Below, piece by piece: positions 56,420 to 64,000 of a stretch of 64,000 bases of DNA. Where the stretch lies: positions 223 through 64,222 of the forward strand of contig VBKA01000020.1 of assembly GCA_005879815.1 (NCBI GenBank), read 5' to 3'. A program made the position numbers and the translations under genes. Every line of letters starts with the position of its first letter. Position 1 is the stretch's first letter. Under the pieces are notes generated by a model, which had not been told where the DNA came from, did no database searches, and saw nothing but the letters and a program-made list of their open reading frames with translations. This DNA comes from Chloroflexota bacterium. Lineage in GTDB: Bacteria > Chloroflexota > Limnocylindria > QHBO01.

Positions 56420-56423
56420 GCGG

Positions 56424-57617
56424 ATGGCGGGCGGCGTCAGCGACCCTGCGACGAGCTCACTGCCGCTCGTGCAGTTCAGCGCCCTGCCGGACGTCATCGA
56501 CCTCGGCTGGGGGCACCCCGACCCTGATCTGCTCCCGGTCGACGAGCTGCGGCGGGCCGCGGGTGAGGCCGCGCGCCGGTGGGGCCCGGACCTGTTCGCC
56601 TACGGATACGCCCAGGGCCCGGCCCCGCTCCTGACCTGGCTTGCGGGGCGACTCGGCGAGGTGGACGAGAGGGCGCCGGATCCATCGGCGATCGTCATCA
56701 CCGCGGGCGCCTCCAACGCCCTGGACATGACGATCACGCAGTCGACTCAGCCCGGCGACGTGGCGCTTGTCGAGTCGCCCACCTACCACATCGCCGTCAA
56801 GTTGCTCAGGGACCACGCGCTCGAAGTGGTCCCGATCAGACGCGACGCCGATGGCGCCGATCTCGATGATCTGACTGCTGCCCTCGATCGGCTCCAAAGA
56901 GCGGGGCGTCAGCCGAGGCTGTTCTACACGATCCCGACCTTTCACAACCCGACGGGCGGTGTGATGCCGCTGGATCGTCGGATCGAGCTCGTGCGTCTCG
57001 CCGAGTCGCGGGAGCTCCTCATCGTCGAGGACGACGCCTATCGCGAGCTGTTCTACGACGAGCCGCCGCCACCCTCGCTCTGGAGCCTGGCGACGCCAGG
57101 TTCCGTCGTCCGGGTCGGGTCGTTCTCCAAGACGCTGGCACCGGGACTCCGTGTTGGCTTTCTCACCGCGGAGCCGCGCATGACGACCCGCCTCTCGCAA
57201 TCCGGCCTGCTGGATTCGGGCGGGGGGATCGCCCACGTCCCGGCCTTGACCGTCGCCGTGCTCGCCGAGAGTGGGTTCTACGCGAGGCACGTCGAGCGGC
57301 TCAGGTCTGCCTACGCGGCGAGGCGGGACGCGCTCGTGGGTGCCCTGGCATCTGGGCTGCCGGAGACCGTGGGGCTGAAGCGCCCAGACGGGGGCTTCTT
57401 TGTCTGGCTGACGTTGCCGGCGGGTCGCTCAGCCTCGGCGCTGCTCGAGCTCGCCCAGGGGAGAGGCGTCTCGTTCATGCCGGGCAACGCCTTCTCGTTG
57501 ACGGACGGTCTCGAGGCCAACCTCCGCCTCTCGTTCAGCCGCTACGGCCCGGACCAGCTCGAAGAAGCCGGCCACCGGATCAGCGCGGCCTTCCATCAGG
57601 CCGGCGCGCATCACTGA
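56424..57617 (+). CDS. Class I PLP-dependent aminotransferase (2-aminoadipate transaminase/MocR-like, no HTH)
   Basis: ESPTY, PTFHNPTG, VEDDAY, GSFSKTLAPGLRVG, LRLSFS. Confidence 0.92.
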   Translation: MAGGVSDPATSSLPLVQFSALPDVIDLGWGHPDPDLLPVDELRRAAGEAARRWGPDLFAYGYAQGPAPLLTWLAGRLGEVDERAPDPSAIVITAGASNALDMTITQSTQPGDVALVESPTYHIAVKLLRDHALEVVPIRRDADGADLDDLTAALDRLQRAGRQPRLFYTIPTFHNPTGGVMPLDRRIELVRLAESRELLIVEDDAYRELFYDEPPPPSLWSLATPGSVVRVGSFSKTLAPGLRVGFLTAEPRMTTRLSQSGLLDSGGGIAHVPALTVAVLAESGFYARHVERLRSAYAARRDALVGALASGLPETVGLKRPDGGFFVWLTLPAGRSASALLELAQGRGVSFMPGNAFSLTDGLEANLRLSFSRYGPDQLEEAGHRISAAFHQAGAHH

Positions 57618-58411
57618 GCCCGAAAGCCCGCCACCCGACGCTCCCGCTCGAGCAGCGCAGCCTTCCGCCAGGTGCCCCCGCCATAGCCTGAGAGGCTGCC
57701 ATCGGAGGCGATGACCCGATGGCACGGCACCAGCAGCGCCAGACGGTTCATCCCATTGGCGCGAGCCACCGCTCTCACCGCCGACGGCTGACCGATTTGC
57801 GCCGCCAGCGCCGCATACGAGGTCGTGATGCCCGCCGGGATCCTGGTGAGCGCGTCCCAGACGCGCTCCTGGAACGGAGTGCCCGGACGCGCCAGGGGAA
57901 TCGTGAAGCCGGCCTGGCCGGCTTCGTCTCCGAAATAGGCGTCGAGCTCACCCTGCAGCCGGCTGTGAAGCGCGGTCTGGCCCGGTTCCAGGCGCGCCTT
58001 GAAACGCCGCTCGACGACCTTCAGCTGCGTCTCGAGCATTGGCCGATCAGCGAATTCCAGGAGTGCGAGGCCGCTGACCGCCACACCGGCGACCATCGGT
58101 CCCAATGGCGTCCGGACCAATGCCAGCCGGACCACACCTTCTTCCGCTCTGCGATGGCGCGGACGGCGCAGCCGACCGAGCAAGGCAACACGCCGCAGCC
58201 CTCGCTGCGTCCGCGGTGAATTGCCGACATCGGGCCTGCACCGGAGGCAGGGTCGGTATCCGGCGAACAGCGCGTCGGCAGAGGATCCGAAGCGCAGGGT
58301 GTTGTGCGGCTTGGGGGCAGGTGCTGGGCACCCGCTTCGGCAGAAGACCCCGGTGGTGCTGACGGCGAGCACGGACACGATCGCAAGATCCTCAAATCTG
58401 GTGACCATCAT
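57611..58411 (-). CDS. Ada Zn-domain / O6-methylguanine-DNA methyltransferase fusion lacking the AraC HTH
   Basis: TTGVFCRSGC...GYRPCLRCRP; GTPFQERVW, RAVARANG.N, VPCHRVI. Confidence 0.88.
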   Translation of the reverse strand: MMVTRFEDLAIVSVLAVSTTGVFCRSGCPAPAPKPHNTLRFGSSADALFAGYRPCLRCRPDVGNSPRTQRGLRRVALLGRLRRPRHRRAEEGVVRLALVRTPLGPMVAGVAVSGLALLEFADRPMLETQLKVVERRFKARLEPGQTALHSRLQGELDAYFGDEAGQAGFTIPLARPGTPFQERVWDALTRIPAGITTSYAALAAQIGQPSAVRAVARANGMNRLALLVPCHRVIASDGSLSGYGGGTWRKAALLERERRVAGFRAQ

Positions 58412-58479
58412 GGAACGCCTCGCCGCCCCCGATCGTGAGATTCGCCGATCCACGGCCTAGGGTCCGCTACCGTTCGGCG

Positions 58480-59409
58480 GTGCATCCGTTCAGATTCGGG
58501 GTGACAGCCGGACGAGTCCCGACCAGGGAGACCTGGACCGATCTCGCGCGACGCGCCGAGAACCTCGGATACGACACCTTCCTGATGTCGGATCACCTTG
58601 GCCACCAGCTCTCGCCCGTTGGTGCGCTGGCCGCGGCCGCGGCGGTCACCTCGCGCATCCGCATCGGCGCCCTGGTCTTCGCGAACGACTACCGTCATCC
58701 GCTGCTCCTTGCCCGCGAGGCCGCCACGCTCGACCACATATCGAAAGGCCGAGTCGAGTTCGGCATCGGGGCTGGCTGGAACATGTCGGATTACCGCCAG
58801 CTCGGGATGCGGTACGAGCGGCCCGGACTGAGGATCGACCGCATGGAGGAGGCTCTGGTCGTCATCCGCCGGCTCTTCGCTGGCGATCGCGTGACCCACG
58901 CCGGCCGCCACTACCACCTCGAGGGTGCGCGACTCGCTCCTGCTCCGGTCCAGCGCCGGATTCCCATCCTGATCGGCGGCGGCGGACCGCGCCTGCTCGG
59001 CATCGCCGCGCGACAGGCGGACATCGTGGGGCTGCTCACCCAGTTCGACCGCCATGGGCGGCCGATCGCCAGCCAGGCGACCGAGGGCGAGACCGCGCGC
59101 AAGGTGGCGATCGTCCGCGACGCCGCCGGGTCACGGGAGGCATTCGAGCGTCTCGAGCTCAACGTGCTAGTCGCGAGTGCTGGCCTCATTGGCAGCGGGG
59201 CCTCGCCCCTGGGGTCCGTGGCATCGGCTCTCAAGGCCGTCGCGCCAAAGGTGGTCGGCGGCACGCCCTACCTGCTGCATGGCACGCTCGCCCAGGTGCG
59301 TGAGACGCTCCTGCGGCGTCGGGACCAGCTTGGGATCAGCTACTACGTCTGGTCTGCCCGCCTCGCCGAGCCGATGGCGCCGGTGGTCGAGGCTCTTGCG
59401 GGTCGCTAG
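58480..59409 (+). CDS. LLM-class (probably F420-dependent) oxidoreductase
   Basis: HPFRFGV, MSDHL, ANDYRHP.LLAREAATLD, GIGAGW, ILIGGGG.RLL. Confidence 0.9.
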   Translation: MHPFRFGVTAGRVPTRETWTDLARRAENLGYDTFLMSDHLGHQLSPVGALAAAAAVTSRIRIGALVFANDYRHPLLLAREAATLDHISKGRVEFGIGAGWNMSDYRQLGMRYERPGLRIDRMEEALVVIRRLFAGDRVTHAGRHYHLEGARLAPAPVQRRIPILIGGGGPRLLGIAARQADIVGLLTQFDRHGRPIASQATEGETARKVAIVRDAAGSREAFERLELNVLVASAGLIGSGASPLGSVASALKAVAPKVVGGTPYLLHGTLAQVRETLLRRRDQLGISYYVWSARLAEPMAPVVEALAGR

Positions 59410-59430
59410 TCCGCCTTGCGGCAGGGCCCG

Positions 59431-59871
59431 TCACTGCTCCACATCCGCAGCGTGAGCTCGTGCCTCGCCGATCCAGCGCGCGACGTCGTGCGCCTCGGGA
59501 GCGCGTCGCACGGTGCCGCGGGTGGCAACCAGCTCCACCAGCGTCGCGGCGAGGTGCTCCGCATCCCGCCGCGCGAGCTCCGCGCAGCAATCGACGCCGG
59601 CCGCCTCCAGGAGGCTGGCATGGGCAGGACCGATCCCTTCCAGCTGCGCGAGATCGATACGGTTCACCCAGGTGCGCAGAAGGGGCTCCCGGATCCCGGT
59701 CCGCGATGCCAGGCGCTGGCGGCTGGCACGGGTGGCGCCCGCCGTCAGCAGGTCGGAATCGGTATGGACGCCGACGGCATCGAGACTGCTGGCGTGGGCA
59801 GCCCCAATCCCCTCCACCTCCGCGATCTGCACGCGTTCGCTCCTTGGTGCCGGTTGGGCACGAACCGCCAC
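59431..59871 (-). CDS. DUF4332 (helix-hairpin-helix) protein
   Basis: IAEVEGIG, WVNRIDL..LEGIG...LLEAAGVD..ELARR, VARWIGEA. Confidence 0.82.
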   Translation of the reverse strand: MAVRAQPAPRSERVQIAEVEGIGAAHASSLDAVGVHTDSDLLTAGATRASRQRLASRTGIREPLLRTWVNRIDLAQLEGIGPAHASLLEAAGVDCCAELARRDAEHLAATLVELVATRGTVRRAPEAHDVARWIGEARAHAADVEQ

Positions 59872-59945
59872 AGCCCGGTGAGGCCACTCACCAGGCTTCG
59901 GATGATACGTCTACGGTCGTGCGCCGGATCTGTATCACCACGAGA

Positions 59946-61169
59946 TCAGGCCACGACGCCGGAGGCACGCAGGTGGGCAATCTGGCCCGCGTCCAGACCC
60001 GCTTCCAACAGGACGGCATCCGTGTGCTCGCCAAGCCGCGGTGGCGCTTCGCGTGCCGGCAGCCGTTCCCGGTTGACCCAGATCGGGTTCGGCGCCAGTC
60101 GCGTCTGGCCGGCGTCCTGGAGCCAGGCGCCACCTGCCGTGGCCTGCATCATGGCGAGGGCCTCGCTCACCAGGTTGACGGGACCAGCGGGCACGTCGGT
60201 AGCGATCAGCGCGCCAACCAGCTCGTCGCGTCGCCGCGCGGCGATGGCGCCAGCGAGGATCGGGATCAGCTCGGCTCGGTGCGCGACGCGCCCGGCGTTG
60301 GTCGCGAATCGATCATCGGGATCGAGGTCCAGCGTGGAGATGAGGCGCGCGAACTGCCGATCGTTGCCGACCGCGATCGCCACGTGGCCATCGGCCGTCG
60401 CGAACACCTCGTACGGCACGATGTTGGGGTGGGCGTTGCCGTAGCGCATTGGCTCTTCACCGGTGGCAACCAGGTTGCCGAGCACGTTGATCAGGCTCGC
60501 AACCCCCGCCTCCACGAGCGCCACGTCGAATCGTGAGCCACGCACCTCGTCGATTCGCGATCCCTGGCCGAGCCTGCGTCCCTGGCGCTCGGCCGCCAGC
60601 AGGCCCGCCAGCGCGCCCACCGCAACCTCCAGGCCCGCGAGCAGGTCGAGCAGCGCCACCCCGACCTTCATGGGCGTACCAAGAGGCTCGCCGGTGACCG
60701 CCATGAGGCCGGTGACCGCCTGCGCGAGGAGGTCGTAGGCAGGGCGTTCGGCGTTCTCTCCGGCGATCGCGAAGCCATCGACCACGGCCACGACCAGGTC
60801 GGGATGCCGCTCGGCAAGGCGACCCCCACCGAGGCCCAGGCGCTCCGCTGACGCGGGCCGCGCGTTGTGCATCAGCAGGTCCGAGCGCGAGGCGAGCAGG
60901 TCCAGGAGCTCGCGGCCGCCATCGGTCCCCAGGTCCGCCACGATGGAGCGCTTGTTGCGGTTGACCGCGGCGAAATATGCACTGATCCGCTCGGCGGGAT
61001 CGCCCCAGAACGGCGGACCCCAGTCGCGGCTCTCGTCGCCGGTGGGCGGCTCAAGCTTGACGACGTCGGCTCCCAGGTCGGCGAGCAGCATGGTGGCGAA
61101 GGGTCCGGCGAGCACGCGGCTGCAGTCGAGCACGCGCACGCCCGCGAGGGGGAGGGCCCGGTCAGCCAT
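59946..61169 (-). CDS. CaiB/BaiF family III CoA transferase
   Basis: LAGVRVLD.SRVLAGP...LADLGADVVKLE, NRNKRS, AYDLLAQA, GNAHPNIVPY, LGEHT. Confidence 0.93.
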   Translation of the reverse strand: MADRALPLAGVRVLDCSRVLAGPFATMLLADLGADVVKLEPPTGDESRDWGPPFWGDPAERISAYFAAVNRNKRSIVADLGTDGGRELLDLLASRSDLLMHNARPASAERLGLGGGRLAERHPDLVVAVVDGFAIAGENAERPAYDLLAQAVTGLMAVTGEPLGTPMKVGVALLDLLAGLEVAVGALAGLLAAERQGRRLGQGSRIDEVRGSRFDVALVEAGVASLINVLGNLVATGEEPMRYGNAHPNIVPYEVFATADGHVAIAVGNDRQFARLISTLDLDPDDRFATNAGRVAHRAELIPILAGAIAARRRDELVGALIATDVPAGPVNLVSEALAMMQATAGGAWLQDAGQTRLAPNPIWVNRERLPAREAPPRLGEHTDAVLLEAGLDAGQIAHLRASGVVA

Positions 61170-61228
61170 CACGCCAGCCTACGGTAGACCGATGCGATGC
61201 TGCGAAGGGCCGCGGCTAGCATGGGCGC

Positions 61229-62125
61229 GTGAAGGTCGGCGCGGTGATGCCCATCAGCGAGGGTGAGCTGTCGGGGCGGACCGCTTCCTACGCTGAGCTG
61301 CGGGAGATTGCCCAGGCGGCCGAGGCCGCCGGTCTCGACTCGATCTGGGTCTACGACCACCTGCTGTTCCGTTTCCCGCCCGAGCCGACTTCCGGCATCT
61401 ACGAGGCGTGGTCGGTCCTTGCCGCGTTGGCCGCGGACACCGCTCGCGTGGAGATCGGCACCATCGTGCTGGCGATGCCATTCCGCAACCCGGCGGTCCT
61501 GGCCAAGATGGCCGTGACGGTCGACGAGATCAGCGGCGGACGCCTGATCCTGGGGCTGGGTGCGGGGTGGCACGAGCCGGAGTTTGATGCCTTCGGCATC
61601 CCGTTCGACCACCGGGTGGGGCGGTTCGAGGAGGCGCTCAAGATCGTCCTGCCGCTGCTTCGTGAGGGCCGCGCCGACATCCGCGGCCACTATCACCAGG
61701 CCGATGACGCCGTCCTGTTCCCTCGCGGGCCGCGACCGTCCGGTCCGCCCATCCTGATCGCCGGCCGGCGGCCGCGGATGCTGCGGCTGACCGTCGAGCA
61801 CGCCGACATGTGGAACGCCGCCTGGTTCGGGGACGTGTCCGAGATCGAGCCGCGGGTCGCTCCTCTCCGCGAGGCGCTTGCCGCCGCCGGCCGGGATCCG
61901 ACGACGCTCGAGATCACGATCGGCGTTAACGTCGTCTTCGCGGAGCTCGTTACCGCCGCTGACGAACCACCGACGCACGCCCTCCGAGGCTCGCCCGCCG
62001 AGATCGCCGCGGGGCTGCGCCGTTATCGCGAAGCCGGCGTCGGCCACGTCATCGCGGCGTGCGTCCCATCATCCGGGGACGCGATGCACGCCCTCGCGGA
62101 GGCCGTGAGCCTCGCACGAGCCTGA
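61229..62125 (+). CDS. LLM-class flavin/F420-dependent oxidoreductase
   Basis: DSIWVYDHL, FRNPAVLAKMA.TVDEISGGRL.LGLGAGW..EF. Confidence 0.92.
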   Translation: MKVGAVMPISEGELSGRTASYAELREIAQAAEAAGLDSIWVYDHLLFRFPPEPTSGIYEAWSVLAALAADTARVEIGTIVLAMPFRNPAVLAKMAVTVDEISGGRLILGLGAGWHEPEFDAFGIPFDHRVGRFEEALKIVLPLLREGRADIRGHYHQADDAVLFPRGPRPSGPPILIAGRRPRMLRLTVEHADMWNAAWFGDVSEIEPRVAPLREALAAAGRDPTTLEITIGVNVVFAELVTAADEPPTHALRGSPAEIAAGLRRYREAGVGHVIAACVPSSGDAMHALAEAVSLARA

Positions 62126-62127
62126 GC

Positions 62128-62766
62128 TCAACCGGCCGCCTCGATGACCTCGCGCGTCCAGAGCGTGTGTCGGTCGCGGGAGCCGCGTTGAGCGGCGCGA
62201 AGGAGCGCCCGACCAACGAGCCGCCGGCCACAGGTCGCGCAGACGTACCAGCGGCCATCGCGGACAAGCCGAATTGGATGCTCCGGCGCCGAGACGCGCC
62301 ATGCCGCTCGCGGCCGGCGGCTCCCCCGCCGCGCGATCTGTCGCTCGAGGGCGAGCGCCTCCGTGCCTGGGACCGCAAGCGCTCGAGCGTGACGCAGCGC
62401 GTTGGGGTAGCGCGCCGCTTCGCGCCGCAGCGCGGCGACGGGATCGGGGTCGTACCGCGCGAAGAGGTCGAAGGCCGTCGCGTAGAACGCGCGGCCGTGA
62501 TGGACCGCCTGCCGTCGCCAGCCCCGACGACGCGGGCCCCCCGGCGCCAGCCAGTGGGCGAGCTCATGCAGGAGCGTGTGCCGAGCGTCATCGCTGTCCC
62601 GACCCGTGGTGACGGCGATCGATCCGGCATGGCGTCGCGTCAACCCCGTTGAGAGTTCGCGGTCCGCGCGGCGCCAGCGCAGCGCATCGGGCGGCGCCAC
62701 GCCAACGTCTGCGCACACCCGCAGCGCGAGCTCGACCGCCCAGGCTGGCGTAGAGCCGCTCCTCAT
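62128..62766 (-). CDS. SprT-like zincin metalloprotease (putative)
   Basis: TLLHELAHW...HHGRAF, C-terminal YVCATCG. Confidence 0.6.
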   Translation of the reverse strand: MRSGSTPAWAVELALRVCADVGVAPPDALRWRRADRELSTGLTRRHAGSIAVTTGRDSDDARHTLLHELAHWLAPGGPRRRGWRRQAVHHGRAFYATAFDLFARYDPDPVAALRREAARYPNALRHARALAVPGTEALALERQIARRGSRRPRAAWRVSAPEHPIRLVRDGRWYVCATCGRRLVGRALLRAAQRGSRDRHTLWTREVIEAAG

Positions 62767-63065
62767 CGGTCAGGCTCGTTGGAACGCGCACGCAGCAGCC
62801 GGCCGACCTCGTCGAGCCAGGCCTGGAGGGCGGCATCGGCGTAGGTGTAGTCGTCGTAGGTGAACCCGACCATGTCGGAACCGTGGCGCGCGACGTAGTC
62901 GGCTGGCGAGATGCGCCTGAATGGGAAGGCGGACGCGGCCCGAGCCGTTCGGACCGAATCGGCCGGCTCCCGCGACACGCCCTCGTCGGCCTGCGTACGC
63001 CGGCGAGCGTCATGGCGCGCCTGCCATCGCCGCGTCAGCTCTTCGAGACGATTCTTACCGGCCAC
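62763..63065 (-). CDS. Hypothetical protein translationally coupled to the SprT-like gene
   Basis: Stop/start overlap (ATGA) at 62763-62766. GTG start lies 7 nt after TACCCT. Confidence 0.65.
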   Translation of the reverse strand: MAGKNRLEELTRRWQARHDARRRTQADEGVSREPADSVRTARAASAFPFRRISPADYVARHGSDMVGFTYDDYTYADAALQAWLDEVGRLLRARSNEPDR

Positions 63066-63101
63066 GCCCGGCAGGGTACCGCGCCAAGAAGAACGCCTGC
63101 G

Positions 63102-64000
63102 TCAGGACGCGGCGAACCCTCCGGTCGCCGGCGCCGCATCCGGCGCCGGCAGCTGGGTGTGGCGGACGCTCTCCGCATCCTCGTAGAGCCCCAGCCGGGA
63201 GACTGCGCGTTGCACCCACCGCGGCGCCCACCAATTCACCCGCCCCATGACCCGCATGAAGGCCGGCACCAGCAGCCCGCGGACGAGCGTCGCATCGATG
63301 AGGACGGCCAGCGCCTGGATGATGCCGAGCGCCTTAATGAAGAGGATGCTCGACAGCCCGAACGCGGCGAAGACAGCGACCATGATCAGCGCGGCGCCGG
63401 TGATGGTCCCTCCCGTCAGCCCAATCCCCTCAGCCACCGCGCGCGTGTTGTTGCCGGTCGCCAGGTAGCGCTCGCGGATGCGCGACAGCAGGAGCACCTC
63501 GTAGTCCATCGAGAGGCCGAACAGGATCGCGAACATGATCACCGGCAGCCAGGCGCCGATGGCCCCGGAGGGCTCGAAGCCGAGCAGGCCGGAGAGGTGT
63601 CCCTGCTGGAAGAGCCAGACCAGGGCCCCAAAGCTGGCGCTGATGCTGATCAGGCTCATCAGCACGGCCTTGACCGGCAGGAAGACCGATCCGAAGGTCA
63701 GGAACAGCACGCCGGCGGTGACGACCACCACGATCAGCACCGCGACCGGCACCGAGCTCCGGAAGCTGGCCATGAAATCCGCGGACCGCGAGGGCAGCCC
63801 ACCGGTGAGGACCTGCGATCCTGCCGGCGCGGCCAGCCCGCGGACCTGGGCGACGAGTTCACGTCCCGCATCCGAGTCCGGCAGCAGCTTCGAATACACG
63901 ATCACCCGGGTCGTGTCACCCCCGATCCAGTCCTTGAGATAGGTGCCCATCGCCGCCGCCGCGGCGGGCCGCTGACCGGCGCGCATCGCGAGCAGAGCCG
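63102..64000 (-). CDS. MMPL family (RND) transporter, C-terminal part (partial)
   Basis: FGSVFLPVKAVL, FAILFGLSMDYEVLLLSRIRE, ITGAALIM, DATLVR.LLVPA.M..MG..NWWAP. Confidence 0.93.
   Translation of the reverse strand, partial: ALLAMRAGQRPAAAAAMGTYLKDWIGGDTTRVIVYSKLLPDSDAGRELVAQVRGLAAPAGSQVLTGGLPSRSADFMASFRSSVPVAVLIVVVVTAGVLFLTFGSVFLPVKAVLMSLISISASFGALVWLFQQGHLSGLLGFEPSGAIGAWLPVIMFAILFGLSMDYEVLLLSRIRERYLATGNNTRAVAEGIGLTGGTITGAALIMVAVFAAFGLSSILFIKALGIIQALAVLIDATLVRGLLVPAFMRVMGRVNWWAPRWVQRAVSRLGLYEDAESVRHTQLPAPDAAPATGGFAAS

Noticed and set aside
54449..56497. Long antisense ORFs (682 aa here; also 22823-24406, 27010-28197, 33097-34107 and others)
   Set aside because: Shadow frames of well-supported genes in high-GC DNA, with no family motifs.
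1..64000. CRISPR arrays, IS elements, prophage or integrase genes
   Set aside because: No regularly spaced repeats and no transposase, recombinase or phage motifs seen.

Overview
This is a high-GC, gene-dense bacterial window with about 58 CDS or remnants and one tRNA-Gly(TCC). It contains no rRNA, CRISPR array, transposase or integrase that I could recognise. The gene content (several LLM/F420-type oxidoreductases, a cyclase-STAND-TPR protein, MMPL, many apparently leaderless genes) fits a soil or sediment Chloroflexota/Actinomycetota-type organism; this is inference only. 1-14 kb: mixed accessory genes with several decayed loci. 14.5-44.6 kb: a ~30 kb catabolic supercluster in four transcription units, with a sugar ABC importer, Gfo/Idh/MocA, a TIM-barrel isomerase, deoC, GMC, ALDH, SDRs, a CoA transferase, a crotonase, and SDH-like, FAH, creatininase-like, DapA-like and MBL proteins. 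Its most unusual part is the 35974-44547 operon. It encodes a phenylphosphate-synthase-alpha-like phospho-His protein with no ATP-grasp domain, an HPr-kinase-like P-loop protein, a three-subunit xanthine-oxidase-family molybdoenzyme, and a PPDK-like protein whose pyruvate-binding barrel is replaced by a domain resembling mycobacterial Rv1126c. I interpret this as a candidate undescribed phosphorylation-coupled Mo-hydroxylation or dehydroxylation system. 44.7-48.5 kb: a rearranged islet before tRNA-Gly, bounded by a degenerate ~67 bp direct repeat. 48.6-64 kb: STAND cyclase, ureohydrolase with an amino-acid ABC operon, Ada/Ogt, LLMs, a CoA transferase, a SprT-like pair and a partial MMPL. All calls come from motif recognition by eye; no searches were run.
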